A stretch of DNA of 64,000 nt from an uncultured bacterium (lineage in GTDB: Bacteria; Armatimonadota; Abditibacteriia; Abditibacteriales; Abditibacteriaceae), in the NCBI GenBank assembly GCA_963843795.1, contig CAWJLW010000006.1, positions 1,798,001 through 1,862,000 on the forward strand. The letters are read 5' to 3'. Below are positions 42,964-54,220 of the stretch, in pieces (position 1 is the stretch's first letter; every line of letters begins with the position of its first letter). The translations under genes and the position numbers were made by a program. Below the pieces are notes generated by a model that searched no databases, was not told where the DNA came from, and worked only from the letters and a program-made list of their open reading frames with translations.

Positions 42964-43609
42964 TTATCGCTTCCACGCCACGATGCGCAACCGCCGATAA
43001 TCGGCCCAACAGTCTTTTTCGACGGACAATTTTCCGTGCTACAGCTTCTAACGCGCGCCAATTCGCTTCGAAGGAGCGTCGGACGGTATAATTGCGCGCA
43101 TGAATCTTCCATTTGGGCGCTTCCCAAAATCGAACAATATCCGACAACTGACGAAAAAGAGTTGCTGAGCAGATCGAAATCGCTACATCTTATCGTTGCC
43201 CATGGTTTTTCGATAACAGGCTCAACGAACGCAATGTTGCCGATTCTTCCGACATTCGCAGCCCAAACGGCGACCGATTTTTAAGGCGCGATAACTGCAA
43301 GCGATGACGTTTTGGTGTTGAATCCATTGCAGCGCGGAATTGGAAAATACGGTATCGAAATCGTGCTCGACATTAAAATCGCGACTATCAATGATTTGCC
43401 AGTTTAGATTGGAGTGCAAGTACTTGCCTCGTGCATTTTCGATCATTTCGGGCGAAACGTCCAAGTCCAGCATGAAATAGGCGTGTTGTGCCGCACACCA
43501 AATCGAGCACACGTTCATGAGGCTGCGGAGCTAAAACTTTAATCAAATCGGCGGCACACTGGTAAACATAAGCGTGTTGCTGTTTGTAAGTTTCCGCGTC
43601 CCATTACAT
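42964..43609 (-). pseudogene. Decayed class I SAM-dependent methyltransferase
   Basis: Manual translation: M*WDAETYKQQHAYVYQ..DLIKVLAPQPHERVLDLVCGT, DVSPEMIENARGKY, FDTVFSNSALQW and C-terminal ADYRRLRIVAWKR*, spread over several frames with an in-frame stop at codon 2. Confidence 0.75.
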
Positions 43610-43637
43610 TTTCAACCTTTTACCATCTTTCACTTTT

Positions 43638-46436
43638 ATGAATTCCACTTCTCAAATTTCGCCCCGCGTCGAACACAATTATATCGAAGACGGTTTTGCA
43701 AAAATCGAAGCCGATTTGAGTTATCTCATGGGATGTCTGCGTGACGTGTTAGTCGAACTGGGGCAAAGCGAAGTCGCCGATGCCCTACCCTGGCTGGACC
43801 GAGCGCAAACTCAGCATCTTGAACCGCTGCACCTGCCCGAACGGTTGGGCCAGGCCTACGCGCTGTCGTTTCAATTGCTGAACATGATCGAAGAAAATAC
43901 CGCCGCGCAGACCCGCCGCGCGCGCGAACGCGATGCTGGTTTGGATGCCGAAAAAGGCCTGTGGGGACACACTTTGCGCCGCCTCCAAAACCAAGGCTGG
44001 AGCGACAATGACATCGCGCAAACCTTGCGACAAGTGCGCGTCGAGCCGGTTCTGACCGTGCATCCAACCGAAGCCAAGCGCGCCACCGTTTTGGAACAGC
44101 ACCGCGCTTTGTATTTATTACTTTTCGAGCGCGAAAACCCGATTTGGACGCGCGCCGAACACGATCAAATTACGCTGCAAATCAAAGCTGCTATTGAACG
44201 TTTGTGGCGCACCGGCGAAATTCTGCTGGTCAAGCCCGACATCGCCGACGAACGACGCAATTTGCTTCATTATTTGCGCGAAGTCTTTCCCGCCGCCTTG
44301 CCACGTTTAGATGCACGTTTGCGCGAATCGTGGCAGGAAAACGGCTTGGATGTGGGGCTTTTGAGCGAGCGCGAAGCCTTGCCGGATTTGAGTTTCGGGA
44401 CGTGGGCCGGTGGCGACCGCGACGGTCATCCGTTCGTGACAGCCGATGTCACGCGAGACACGCTACTCGAATTGAGATTCAACGCACTGCGCGTGTTGCG
44501 AAGGCAGTTAGAAAGTTTGTGGGAAAAGATGAGCCTCAGTTCGCTCGTTCAATCGCCGCCGCAAAATCTCAAAGATGCCATCGCACGTTTGAGCGAAGAA
44601 GTCGGGGAGCGCGCCCAGCGCGCTTTGGATGGAAGCGAAGAAGAACCTTGGCGACAGTTCGTGGCGCTCATGCTGGCCAAAATGCCCGCGCGCCAAACCG
44701 GTGGCTTTTTCGACGCCCAAATTCTCCATCGATCTGGCGATTATCGGCTGGCCAGTGAGGTGCAAAGCGACCTGCAAGTACTGCTGCCTCATTGTACGAA
44801 GTCGGCGCCGAGCGAATCGCCGAAAGTGATGTGCGTCCCGTGCAGCGCGCTTTGGATGTGTTTGGTTTACATCTCGCCACATTGGATATTCGCCAGAATT
44901 CCGCGTGGCACGACAAAGCCCTGACACAATTGATGAACGCCGCTGGTGCTAACCCGCACAATCGCGATTACGCAGATTGGAGTGAAGAAGAACGCTTGCA
45001 CTGGCTAACCACAGAGCTGCATTCGCCACGTCCGTTTTTGCACGCGGGCGCGAATGTGGGCAAAGAAGCTGATGCGGTTTTGGATTGTTACCGCGTTTTG
45101 CGCGAGCATCTCGAGCGCTACGGTACGCGTGGATTGGGCGCGCTGATTGTTTCGATGACGCGCAGCGTATCCGATTTACTCGGGGTTTACGTGCTAGCGC
45201 GCGAAGCCGGTCTGGTACGTACCATCGGAAAACGGTTTGATCTGCGCACTGCCGGTCGTGCCGTTGTTTGAAACCGAAGCCGATTTACGCGGTGGTGCCG
45301 ATATTCTGCGCGAATTTCTCCAGCATCCTTTAACGCAGCGCAGCTTGAAATTGCAAGCGCAAGATAGCACGCCAACCCAGCAGGTAATGGTCGGTTATAG
45401 CGACAGCAACAAAGATTCCGGTATTTTGGCCAGCCAGTGGGCTTTGCATTTGGGGCAGCGCCAGATGTCCGCAGTCGGCGATGAATTGGGCGTGCGGATT
45501 CGCTTTTTTCACGGTCGCGGCGGCACGATAAGTCGAGGCGCGGGGCCGACACATCGCTTTTTGGAAGCCTTGCCGGTCGGCAGTTTGAGTGGCGATGTGC
45601 GCCTAACGGAACAAGGCGAAACCATCGCTCAAAAATTCGCCAACCAAAACACCGCGACTTACAATCTGGAATTACTGTTAGCGGGCACGACCGGCGTGAC
45701 TTTGGGCGGCAAAAAGGGCGATTCGCGCGAGCACGAAATGGAACCCATCGCCGATCAACTGGCGATTTGGAGCCGCGACGCTTATAAAAAATTGCTGCAT
45801 ACCGAAGGTTTCATCGAATTCTTTCAGGGCGCGACGCCAATTGATGCTCTGGAGCACGCGCGCATCGGCTCGCGTCCGGCGCGTCGGACAGGCAAGCGCA
45901 GCGTCGAAGATTTACGCGCCATCCCGTGGGTTTTCAGCTGGAATCAATCACGATTTTACCTGCCCGGTTGGTATGGCATCGGCAGCGCGCTGCGCCGTTT
46001 GAGCAACGAAGATACGCTGGCTTTCGAGCAGCTTACCGGCGATGTGCGCAACTGGCCGTTCATGCGCTACGTGCTCACAAACGTCGAAACCACCTTGGCG
46101 AGCGCTGATTTAGAATTGATGAGCGCTTACGCTGAATTAGTGGAAGATCGCGCTGTGCGCGCGCGTTTCATGGACGAAATCAGCGCCGAATGGCACCGCA
46201 GCCGCGAAATGTTAGCGCGCATTTTCGGCCAATCGTTCGAAACGCGCCGCCCGCGCATGAACGAAACCCTGGAATTGCGCGCCCGCGCTTTGAAACTGCT
46301 ACACCATCAACAAATCGCGCTGCTGCGACAATGGCGCGAATTGCGCAAAAACGATGAAGCCCAGGCCGAAGCAATGTTGCCGCAATTACTGCTTTCAATT
46401 AACGCGATTGCGAGCGGGCTGCGAACGACGGGTTAG
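43638..46436 (+). CDS. ppc: Phosphoenolpyruvate carboxylase (frameshifts near 44783 and 45228)
   Basis: VLTVHPTEAKR, GGDRDGHP, LDIRQNS, VVPLFET, VMVGYSDSNKDSG, FFHGRGG, LRAIPWVFSW, C-terminal GLRTTG, across three ORFs. Confidence 0.93.
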
Positions 46437-46447
46437 AGAAAAAGCAT

Positions 46448-46481
46448 ATAAGTGTGCTGCAAGTACTTGCAGCACACTTAT
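46448..46481. repeat. 34-bp perfect palindrome on the repeat core after ppc
   Basis: ATAAGTGTGCTGCAAGT|ACTTGCAGCACACTTAT. Confidence 0.9.
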
Positions 46482-46619
46482 TTACTTTTCAACGATGGCA
46501 CAAATTCCTTATTGTGTTAAGCTAATAGCTTAAGAAAAAAGCCGCCGTGCCTTTTTTAAAGGCGCGGCGTTTTCGCGTGTCTCAGAGAAAATCAATAGAA
46601 ATTACTCAATTAAAACATT

Positions 46620-48095
46620 ATGACAGCATGGAAAGAACAGTGGTTTTTCAATATCCGCAACGATGTCCTCGCGGGTTTGGTCGTTGCACTCGCTCTCATT
46701 CCCGAAGCGATTGCGTTTTCGATTATCGCGGGTGTCGATCCCAAAGTCGGTTTATATGCTTCGTTTAGCATCGCCATCATCACGGCCATTGTCGGTGGGC
46801 GGCCCGGAATGATTTCGGCAGCGACCGGCGCGATGGCGCTTTTAATGATTTCCTTAGTCAAAAATCACGGTTTGGAATATTTGTTCGCCGCGACGATTCT
46901 GACCGGATTTTTCCAAATTTTGTTCGGCTGGCGGCGCCTGGGGCGTTACATGAAATTCGTGCCGCAATCGGTAATGATCGGCTTCGTCAACGCTCTGGCG
47001 ATTTTGATTTTCATGGCACAATTGCCACAATTCGTGGGCGCAAGCTGGCAGATGTATGCGATGGTCGCGGCCAGTCTGGGCATTATTTATGGTTTGCCGC
47101 GCATCACGAAAGTCGTGCCTTCACCGCTCGTCGCGATTATCACGATGACGATAATCGCCATCGTTTTCAAGTCCGATGTGCGCACCGTGGGCGATATGGG
47201 GCAATTGCCCGATGCGTTGCCGTTTTTCGCGCTGCCGCAAGTACCGCTGAACCTGGAAACCCTGAAAATTATTTTGCCCTACTCGCTGCCTTTGGCTTTA
47301 GTCGGTTTAATCGAATCTCTTTTGACAGCTTCGTTGTTGGATGATTTGACCGATACGCCCAGCGACAAGAACCAGGAATCAATGGGACAAGGTTTGGCCA
47401 ATATCGTCACGGGCTTTTTCGGTGGCATGGCCGGTTGCGCGATGATCGGACAATCGGTCATCAATATCAAATCGGGTGGGCGCGGGCGTTTGTCATCGCT
47501 TCTGGCGGGCTTATTTTTGCTGTTTTTAATTTTGGCGATGGGCAGTTGGGTGCGCCAGATTCCGATGGGTGCTCTGGTCGCCGTGATGTTTATGGTTTCG
47601 ATTGGCACGTTTAACTGGGCGTCATTGAAAAACGTTTTGACGCATCCGCGCGGCGAAACGATCGTGATGGTGGCGACAGTAGTGACCGTTGTGCAAACGC
47701 ACAATCTGGCGATGGGCGTGGGTGTTGGCATCGTGATTAGCGCAGTCGCGTTTGCGCGTAAACTGGCCAAAGTGATTCGCGTGGATAGCACGTTGAGCGA
47801 AGATGGCACGTTGCGAACTTATGCGGTGTGGGGCCAATTGTTTTTCGTTTCGACCGAAGCGTTTCTGGATGCGATTGATTTCAAGGAAAAAGTCGAGAGC
47901 GTCGAAATCGACCTCACACATTCGCATTTATGGGACGCTTCGGCAGTTGGTGCGATTGACAAGGCGGTTTTGAAACTGCGCGAAAATGGCGCGCAAGTTC
48001 ACGTCACCGGAATGAACGAAGCCAGCGCAACAATTGTCGAGCGCTTGGCGATTCACGACAAACCTGATGCGCCGCAAACAACTTCGGCGCACTAA
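46620..48095 (+). CDS. SulP family inorganic anion transporter with STAS domain
   Basis: [37 protein letters not shown]...WDAS. Confidence 0.92.
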   Translation: MTAWKEQWFFNIRNDVLAGLVVALALIPEAIAFSIIAGVDPKVGLYASFSIAIITAIVGGRPGMISAATGAMALLMISLVKNHGLEYLFAATILTGFFQILFGWRRLGRYMKFVPQSVMIGFVNALAILIFMAQLPQFVGASWQMYAMVAASLGIIYGLPRITKVVPSPLVAIITMTIIAIVFKSDVRTVGDMGQLPDALPFFALPQVPLNLETLKIILPYSLPLALVGLIESLLTASLLDDLTDTPSDKNQESMGQGLANIVTGFFGGMAGCAMIGQSVINIKSGGRGRLSSLLAGLFLLFLILAMGSWVRQIPMGALVAVMFMVSIGTFNWASLKNVLTHPRGETIVMVATVVTVVQTHNLAMGVGVGIVISAVAFARKLAKVIRVDSTLSEDGTLRTYAVWGQLFFVSTEAFLDAIDFKEKVESVEIDLTHSHLWDASAVGAIDKAVLKLRENGAQVHVTGMNEASATIVERLAIHDKPDAPQTTSAH

Positions 48096-48113
48096 GATAC
48101 GAATCTTAGCGCC

Positions 48114-48151
48114 CAAATGCCCCGCTGCAAGTACTTGCAGCGGGGCATTTG
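48114..48151. repeat. 38-bp perfect palindrome on the repeat core after the SulP gene
   Basis: CAAATGCCCCGCTGCAAGT|ACTTGCAGCGGGGCATTTG. Confidence 0.9.
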
Positions 48152-48585
48152 AGTTTTTAAAGCGGCAGTCCAACTTTGCAAGAGCTGGAATATAAAGTGA
48201 CAGATAAAGTGCGGGCAAGCCTGTAGGAAAACTCAGAGAAAATAGTTATTGTGGCATCAAGTTTGAGCGGCTGAGAGTTCCGTAAAGAAGTGAAATGTCA
48301 TGTGTAGAGTGTTAGAAATTTTAGTGATGCCAATGATAGGCGATGGCATTTTAAGTGCGCCCCACCCACAAAGCCACGTTCAGTTGTAGCGCAACGGTCC
48401 GCAATGCTATCGCGATATGATGGACAATTTTTTGGAGCGGCCCGACCTGACGCGCGCATTGGGAGTGTTAGAGCTTGGGGTCGCTCTGGCGCTGGCTTTT
48501 CGTAAAGAACTGTGAGCATTGGCATGGCGAGGCAAGCACTCGCCGTGCCGTGCTGCGCTATTTGGAATTACGTTGAGTGAGAAAA

Positions 48586-50151
48586 ATGAGCGAAAAAGAA
48601 TCAACAAAAGCAGCCACTCATCACGACCATCACAGTCCGATGACAATGCGTGGCGTCACGCGACCCTCAATGAGTGGTGAGATGGCGCACGATGGCGACG
48701 ACAAACCAAAAGACGATAAGAAATCGGATGACATGATGGAAATGTCGCACGAAGATCGCGAAAAGATGCGCCAAAAGCATCACGAACAAACGTTGTGGGT
48801 GCCGATCACAGTTATGATGCTAGGCGTGTGGTTGTTCGCTTCGGCGTTCACGTTCGGCCATCAACCATTAAATCCGCGCGTGATTGAAATGACTGCCAAT
48901 CGCGGCTGGTTTCCCTTGGAAATGCGCGGCGAACTGATGTTCTGGAGCGATATTTTTTCCGGTCTGGCTTTGATTGTTCTGGGGGGAATTTGGGCGTGGA
49001 CGCCACGTTTTCCGGTTGTGCCGTGGGCGGCGTGCTTTGTCGGTATTTGGTTGCAATTTGCGCCGCTGCTGTTCTGGGCACCGACGGCGGTTTCATATCT
49101 CAACGACACATTTGTCGGCGCGTGGATTATCGCGCTGACAATTTTAATCGCTGGAATGCCGCCGATGATTATGATCATGAAAATGGGCGCTCAAGTTCCA
49201 CCGGGCTGGAGCTACAATCCTTCTTCGTGGCTGCAACGCGCGCCGCTAGCAGCAACAGGTTTTCTGGGCTGGCTGGTTTCACGTTATCTCGCGGCGTATC
49301 AATTGGGCTACGTAGATCACGTCTGGGAGCCATTTTTTAACGACGGCAGCGTGCAAGTTCTCACGTCAAAAATGTCGGAATCGCTGCCAATTTCCGATGG
49401 CGGTCTGGGTGCGTTTGCTTACACCTTCGAGTTCTTAATGGCCTTCATGGGCGGCGTCAGTCGCTGGCGCACGATGCCGTGGATGGTGGTTTTCTTCGGC
49501 ATTCTGGTGATTCCTCTGGGTTTCACGCACATTTTTCTGGTTAGTTCACAACCGGTTGTGGTCGGTCACTGGTGCACGATGTGCATAGCGGCAGCGCTGA
49601 TTATGCTGGTGATGATTCCACTGAGCGTCGATGAAGTGATTGCGATGGGCCAGTTCGTGTTGAAAAAAGTGCGCGACGAGGGCGAACCATTCTGGCCGGT
49701 TTTTTGGAAAGGTGGCTCGGTTGGTGAAATGGACGATAAGGACGAGCGCACTCCTCACTATACTGCGTCGCCCCATAAAACTGTGCCTGCAATGATCTGG
49801 GGCGTCAGCGCACCGTGGACTCTCATCGCAAGTACCTGCATCGGTCTTTGGCTGCTTTACACACCCACACTTTTCGGTACAGCGAATTATCTCGAAGGTA
49901 ATGATCACCTTTTGGGCGCGCTTGCCGTGACGATTGCTGTAACCTCGATGGCCGAAGTGCTGCGCGTCGGTCGCTTTCTGCTGACGCTGATTGGCGTGTG
50001 GTTAATCGTTGCGCCATTCGTTCTGAGTGGTAGCGCTTCCACTACGGACAGCATAAGCACGGTTATCGCCGGTTTGTTGCTGATGGCTTTGAGCATCCCG
50101 CGCGGTGCGATTCACGAATCGTATGGCGGCTGGGAACGCTTCATCAAATGA
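48586..50151 (+). CDS. SPW-repeat / vitamin K epoxide reductase-like membrane protein
   Basis: His/Met-rich N-terminus, PPGWSYNPSSW, RWRTMPW, CTMC redox motif, YGGW. Confidence 0.75.
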   Translation: MSEKESTKAATHHDHHSPMTMRGVTRPSMSGEMAHDGDDKPKDDKKSDDMMEMSHEDREKMRQKHHEQTLWVPITVMMLGVWLFASAFTFGHQPLNPRVIEMTANRGWFPLEMRGELMFWSDIFSGLALIVLGGIWAWTPRFPVVPWAACFVGIWLQFAPLLFWAPTAVSYLNDTFVGAWIIALTILIAGMPPMIMIMKMGAQVPPGWSYNPSSWLQRAPLAATGFLGWLVSRYLAAYQLGYVDHVWEPFFNDGSVQVLTSKMSESLPISDGGLGAFAYTFEFLMAFMGGVSRWRTMPWMVVFFGILVIPLGFTHIFLVSSQPVVVGHWCTMCIAAALIMLVMIPLSVDEVIAMGQFVLKKVRDEGEPFWPVFWKGGSVGEMDDKDERTPHYTASPHKTVPAMIWGVSAPWTLIASTCIGLWLLYTPTLFGTANYLEGNDHLLGALAVTIAVTSMAEVLRVGRFLLTLIGVWLIVAPFVLSGSASTTDSISTVIAGLLLMALSIPRGAIHESYGGWERFIK

Positions 50152-50163
50152 ATGAGGATAAAA

Positions 50164-51186
50164 ATGGGCAAGAATAACGAAATTCCGCGCGGCCAAGTCG
50201 TGGTCGTCACCGGCGCATCGGCTGGCATCGGACGCGCAACGGCGATTCGCTTCGCGCAAGATGGCGCTAAAGTCGCGCTTTTGGCGCGTGGTCGCGCCGG
50301 TCTTCAAGGTGCCAAACGCGATGTTGAAAAAGCTGGTGGACAAGGCTTGATTATTGAAGTGGATGTGGCTGATGCCGATGCGGTCGAAGCCGCTGCCGAG
50401 CAGATCGAAAATGAACTGGGGCCAATAGATGTGTGGGTGAATAATGCGATGTGTTCGGTTTTTTCACCGGTCAAAGAAATGACGCCGCAAGAATTCGAGC
50501 GCGTGACACAAGTGACTTATCTGGGCACGGTTTACGGCACCTTGGCCGCATTAAAGCGCATGCAGGCGCGCGATAACGGCTCAATTGTTCAAGTTGGCTC
50601 GGCCTTAGCCTATCGCGGCATTCCACTGCAAGCCGCGTATTGCGCGGCCAAGCACGCGATTCAGGGTTTTTGCGATTCGCTGCGCACCGAACTGATGCAC
50701 GATGGAAGCAATGTGCGCCTGACAATGGTGCAACTCTCGGCTTTCAACACGCCGCAATTCGATTGGGTAAAAAGCCGTCTGAGTGGCAAAGGACAACCCG
50801 TCCCACCGATTTTCCAGCCCGAAATCGCCGCCGAGGGCATTCACTGGTCGGCCTACAACGAACGAAGAGAGTTGATGATTGGCTGGCCTTCACTCAAGGC
50901 GATTTATGGAAATAAAATCGCGCCCGAATATGCTGATTGGGTTTTGTCTCGCAACGGCTATAAATCGCAGCAAACCGAGGAGCCGCGCGACCCAAATCGA
51001 CCTAACAACTTGTGGGAACCAGTCGATGCCGAGCGTGATTTCGGTGCGCACGGACGATTTGACGACCGTGCCATCGAGCAAAGCCCGCAGCTTTTTGCCA
51101 CCACGCATCGCCGTGCCCTAGGCGCTGCCGCCATCGCCGTTGCGGGATTAATCAGTGCCGCATTGTGGAAACGCGACCCGAATTGA
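50164..51186 (+). CDS. SDR family oxidoreductase
   Basis: TGASAGIG, VNNA, YCAAKH. Confidence 0.92.
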   Translation: MGKNNEIPRGQVVVVTGASAGIGRATAIRFAQDGAKVALLARGRAGLQGAKRDVEKAGGQGLIIEVDVADADAVEAAAEQIENELGPIDVWVNNAMCSVFSPVKEMTPQEFERVTQVTYLGTVYGTLAALKRMQARDNGSIVQVGSALAYRGIPLQAAYCAAKHAIQGFCDSLRTELMHDGSNVRLTMVQLSAFNTPQFDWVKSRLSGKGQPVPPIFQPEIAAEGIHWSAYNERRELMIGWPSLKAIYGNKIAPEYADWVLSRNGYKSQQTEEPRDPNRPNNLWEPVDAERDFGAHGRFDDRAIEQSPQLFATTHRRALGAAAIAVAGLISAALWKRDPN

Positions 51187-51206
51187 AATTTGCCCTCTCG
51201 TGATAG

Positions 51207-51242
51207 AAAAAGCGCTCTGCAAGTACTTGCAGAGCGCTTTTT
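51207..51242. terminator. 36-bp perfect palindrome on the repeat core; likely bidirectional terminator
   Basis: AAAAAGCGCTCTGCAAGT|ACTTGCAGAGCGCTTTTT between convergent genes. Confidence 0.75.
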
Positions 51243-51256
51243 GCGTTGATTTGCCT

Positions 51257-52919
51257 TTATTTAGTTTTGCCCTTGGGGTCGTAAATCGCGACACCGACGA
51301 ACGAATCGGCGGTACCGTAATACAAAAACCACTTATTGCGAAACGGCACCAAACCTTCGATAAATGTTGTGCCCGCGACATACTGCCCACTTTTTTCAAA
51401 CGCCAGTTCGGGCTTGATGAACGGCTCATCTAAGCGCGCCAGAAGTTTCGTCGGGTCGTTGCGGTCGAATAACGCCTGCCCTCCGGCATAGGCGCCGCTG
51501 CCGATATTGGGGTCGCCATTGTTAGCGTTTTTGCCGTTGTATAACACTAAAATGCCTTTGTCGGTGAGAATCGGCGGCGGACCGGCTTCGGCCAGATTGG
51601 AATCGAATTTTCCTTGGCGGCGGTCGAGTGCAACGAACAATTTCCCGTCACGCTCAATCGGCGTCCAATGAATCAAATCGGGCGAGGAAGCCAGATAAAC
51701 ATCGCCTTCGCCCCAATACATCCAGTACAAACCATTGATTTTCGCCGCGACCACGACACCGTTTTTCAACTGTCCGACAATTGCGCCCGACTTAGTGTAT
51801 TTATCGGAATATTTGGTTCCGGTCTGAGCGAAAATCGAACCGTATTTCGTCCACGTCCGCAAATCTTTGGAAGTCGCAACCGCCAGACGCGCAACTTTGA
51901 TGATTCCATTGCGTATACGTCAAAACGTAAGTGCCGTCTTCAGTCGCAATTAAGCGCGGGTCTTCAGTTCCGCCGTCCCATTCGGCGTCTTTTTGCGCGT
52001 CGTTGGCGGGATAGAAAACCGGCGCGGGCAAGCGCTTGAAGTGAATGCCATCGGTGCTTTCGGCGTAACCCAAGCGCGAGGTGTGAGCGCCAATTTTCAT
52101 CGTGCCGCTGTCGTCTTCGGCGCGATAAAGCACAACAATTTTGCCATCTTTCACCACCGCCGCTGGATTGAACGTGTGCAACGCTTCCCAATGCACCGCG
52201 CGATTACGCATCGGATCATTGAAAATCGAAGTTTTATCGGGACGAATGACCGGCGCGGCACTTTTCGGGCGCGCGAACGGGCCAAGCGCCCAATCGGGCA
52301 GCGGCGCGGGCGGTTTGGGTGGCCCATCTAAAGGCGAAAGCGGCACGATGGGTTTTAGGTTGGGTGAAGGCATCAGTTTGGTTTTGGAATCGGTAGTCAA
52401 TTGCAACGCTTTGTAAACCAGCCAACTGCCGCTTTTGGTCGTGAGTGCGACCGTATTGGTGCCGGTTTTGAAAGTAGCACGCGGCCAATTGATTTTAATT
52501 TCGCTTTTCGTGCCCGCTCTGGGCGTCACGCTCAGGACGCGAGCACTATTGGCCGCGATTTCCAAGCGTGGCGCGAATTGCGGATGCGCGCCTTGAACCT
52601 GAATCGTTAAGGTTCCCGAACCATCGCCACCCAACTTCGCGATATCAAAATTGATGCGATAGGTGTGCTCGCGTGAACCAGCCCAATTGTCTTTCGGGCC
52701 GGCTTGCACAAGCGGCCACGACACAGGCGATGATGTATTGACCGAAAAATTCGCGTCGCCCGCAAATTTTTCACTGACGCTAATCGGCGAAATTTGCGGC
52801 GGCGCACTCACGTTTCCAATTTGCCATAAGGGAGCAACGGTTTTTGCGCGCGCATTCGTGGATAACAGCGCCGAGCTAACAAAAACAGCTCCAAGAAATA
52901 TTGCGTGAAGTTGTTTCAT
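51257..52919 (-). CDS. Secreted GH130 glycosidase/phosphorylase with N-terminal beta-sandwich module (frameshift near 51899)
   Basis: TFNPAA, LYRAED, EDPR, YTQW, then KSGAI, EAGPPP, LYYGTADS in a shifted frame. Confidence 0.85.
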
Positions 52920-52991
52920 ATTTAAAAAGCCCATTAGGTTACAATTTGATTGAAAAGGGCATTGCAAGTGCTTGCAGCGCCCGTTGCATTC

Positions 52992-54125
52992 TTATTCATC
53001 TTTTGCGCCCGTAATCCGACTCAGCAAATCGAAAAAACCGCGTTTGCGCGGCGAATTGATGCTCCAATCAACCGGCACACTTTGAAAACCGTCAACAAAT
53101 ATTTCGTCTTTCATACGAAAATCGAAATATCCCCACGACGCGCCCGATTCGAGCGCTGCCACGAAATTATTCTCTGGCGCGTCGAAATCGAAATGGTCAT
53201 CCTCGTTGAAAACAATCGGCATCGGACGATAACCTTTGGCCGCACGCGTCTGCTCGACCATTTGTGTAATGCGCTTGGGATCGCCCACACCGTTGCCATG
53301 CAGCAAGATATAATCAGCGGTTTTCAGCACGTTTTCATCGGGCAAGCGCCCGCCGCCGTAGCTCGTGCTAACCAGAAAACGTCGGCCACCGCGCGTCTTT
53401 TTGATGACACGCTCGATGAGTTCATGAACGCGCGGTGGCTGCAAAATCGCGTGTTTGTAACGTTGCTCGCATTCGTTGTTGATTTCAATTAAAACGTTGC
53501 GATAATTGCGCTCGAATAGCCAATCGACGACGTTATCCACTCCGCGCACAATCGCCGCTTCATCCTGCATTCGCGGCTCTTGGCCAAAGTAAAACACACC
53601 CAAAATAACGACCATTCCCAGCTCATCTGCGCGGTTTAAAATGCGCTCCAAGCGCTGCAAATAGTTGGTCCGCAGGTTGCCATCGGGCGCGAAAGCCGAA
53701 TTAATCCACGGCTGCGCTTTGGAGTAACCAAACGGACTGCCGCCCTGTAAATTAAGCGTGAAAGCCAGCAGTCCGTGGGCTTTCCACATCGGCATTGCGG
53801 CGATAAATTCGCGCGTATTACGCTCGGCGTCCCATTTTTGCGTATCGGGATAATTCCAGTTGGCACGCGTTTCGGGGTTCTCATCGTCAAAAATGCCCTG
53901 CACCAGACGCGCGTTGAGTAGCAGGCCTTCAATTTTGTGTTCGTTCCACACGCGCCTTTGATAAGTGGGGCGATCGTTGATAAAAAACTGCTCGCCACGA
54001 ATCGAGACTTCGGTTTGGCGCGTAACGGTTTTGGTCATAATATTGTTCTCGTATTGTGCGCTGCAACTGGCTGCAGCGCACAATAATCCCGCCCATAACC
54101 AATGCACAGCCGAAAACATGTTCAT
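52992..54125 (-). CDS. Secreted hypothetical protein, probable glycoside-hydrolase TIM barrel
   Basis: Signal peptide; LNLQGGSP, ADELGMVVILG.FY, EINNEC, FNEDDH resemble clan GH-A motifs. Confidence 0.55.
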   Translation of the reverse strand: MNMFSAVHWLWAGLLCAAASCSAQYENNIMTKTVTRQTEVSIRGEQFFINDRPTYQRRVWNEHKIEGLLLNARLVQGIFDDENPETRANWNYPDTQKWDAERNTREFIAAMPMWKAHGLLAFTLNLQGGSPFGYSKAQPWINSAFAPDGNLRTNYLQRLERILNRADELGMVVILGVFYFGQEPRMQDEAAIVRGVDNVVDWLFERNYRNVLIEINNECEQRYKHAILQPPRVHELIERVIKKTRGGRRFLVSTSYGGGRLPDENVLKTADYILLHGNGVGDPKRITQMVEQTRAAKGYRPMPIVFNEDDHFDFDAPENNFVAALESGASWGYFDFRMKDEIFVDGFQSVPVDWSINSPRKRGFFDLLSRITGAKDE

Positions 54126-54176
54126 AATCTTTTCTGTTTTGAATAACGCAATTTTCGACGTGCCAAATCAGTTACA

Positions 54177-54214
54177 AAATTGGCGTGCTGCAAGTACTTG
54201 CAGCACGCCAATTT
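54177..54214. repeat. 38-bp perfect palindrome on the repeat core
   Basis: AAATTGGCGTGCTGCAAGT|ACTTGCAGCACGCCAATTT. Confidence 0.9.
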
Positions 54215-54220
54215 CACTTT

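Noticed and set aside
48152..48585. Long intergenic region as a small gene or ncRNA
   Set aside because: The short ORFs lack recognisable motifs and no convincing RNA structure was seen.
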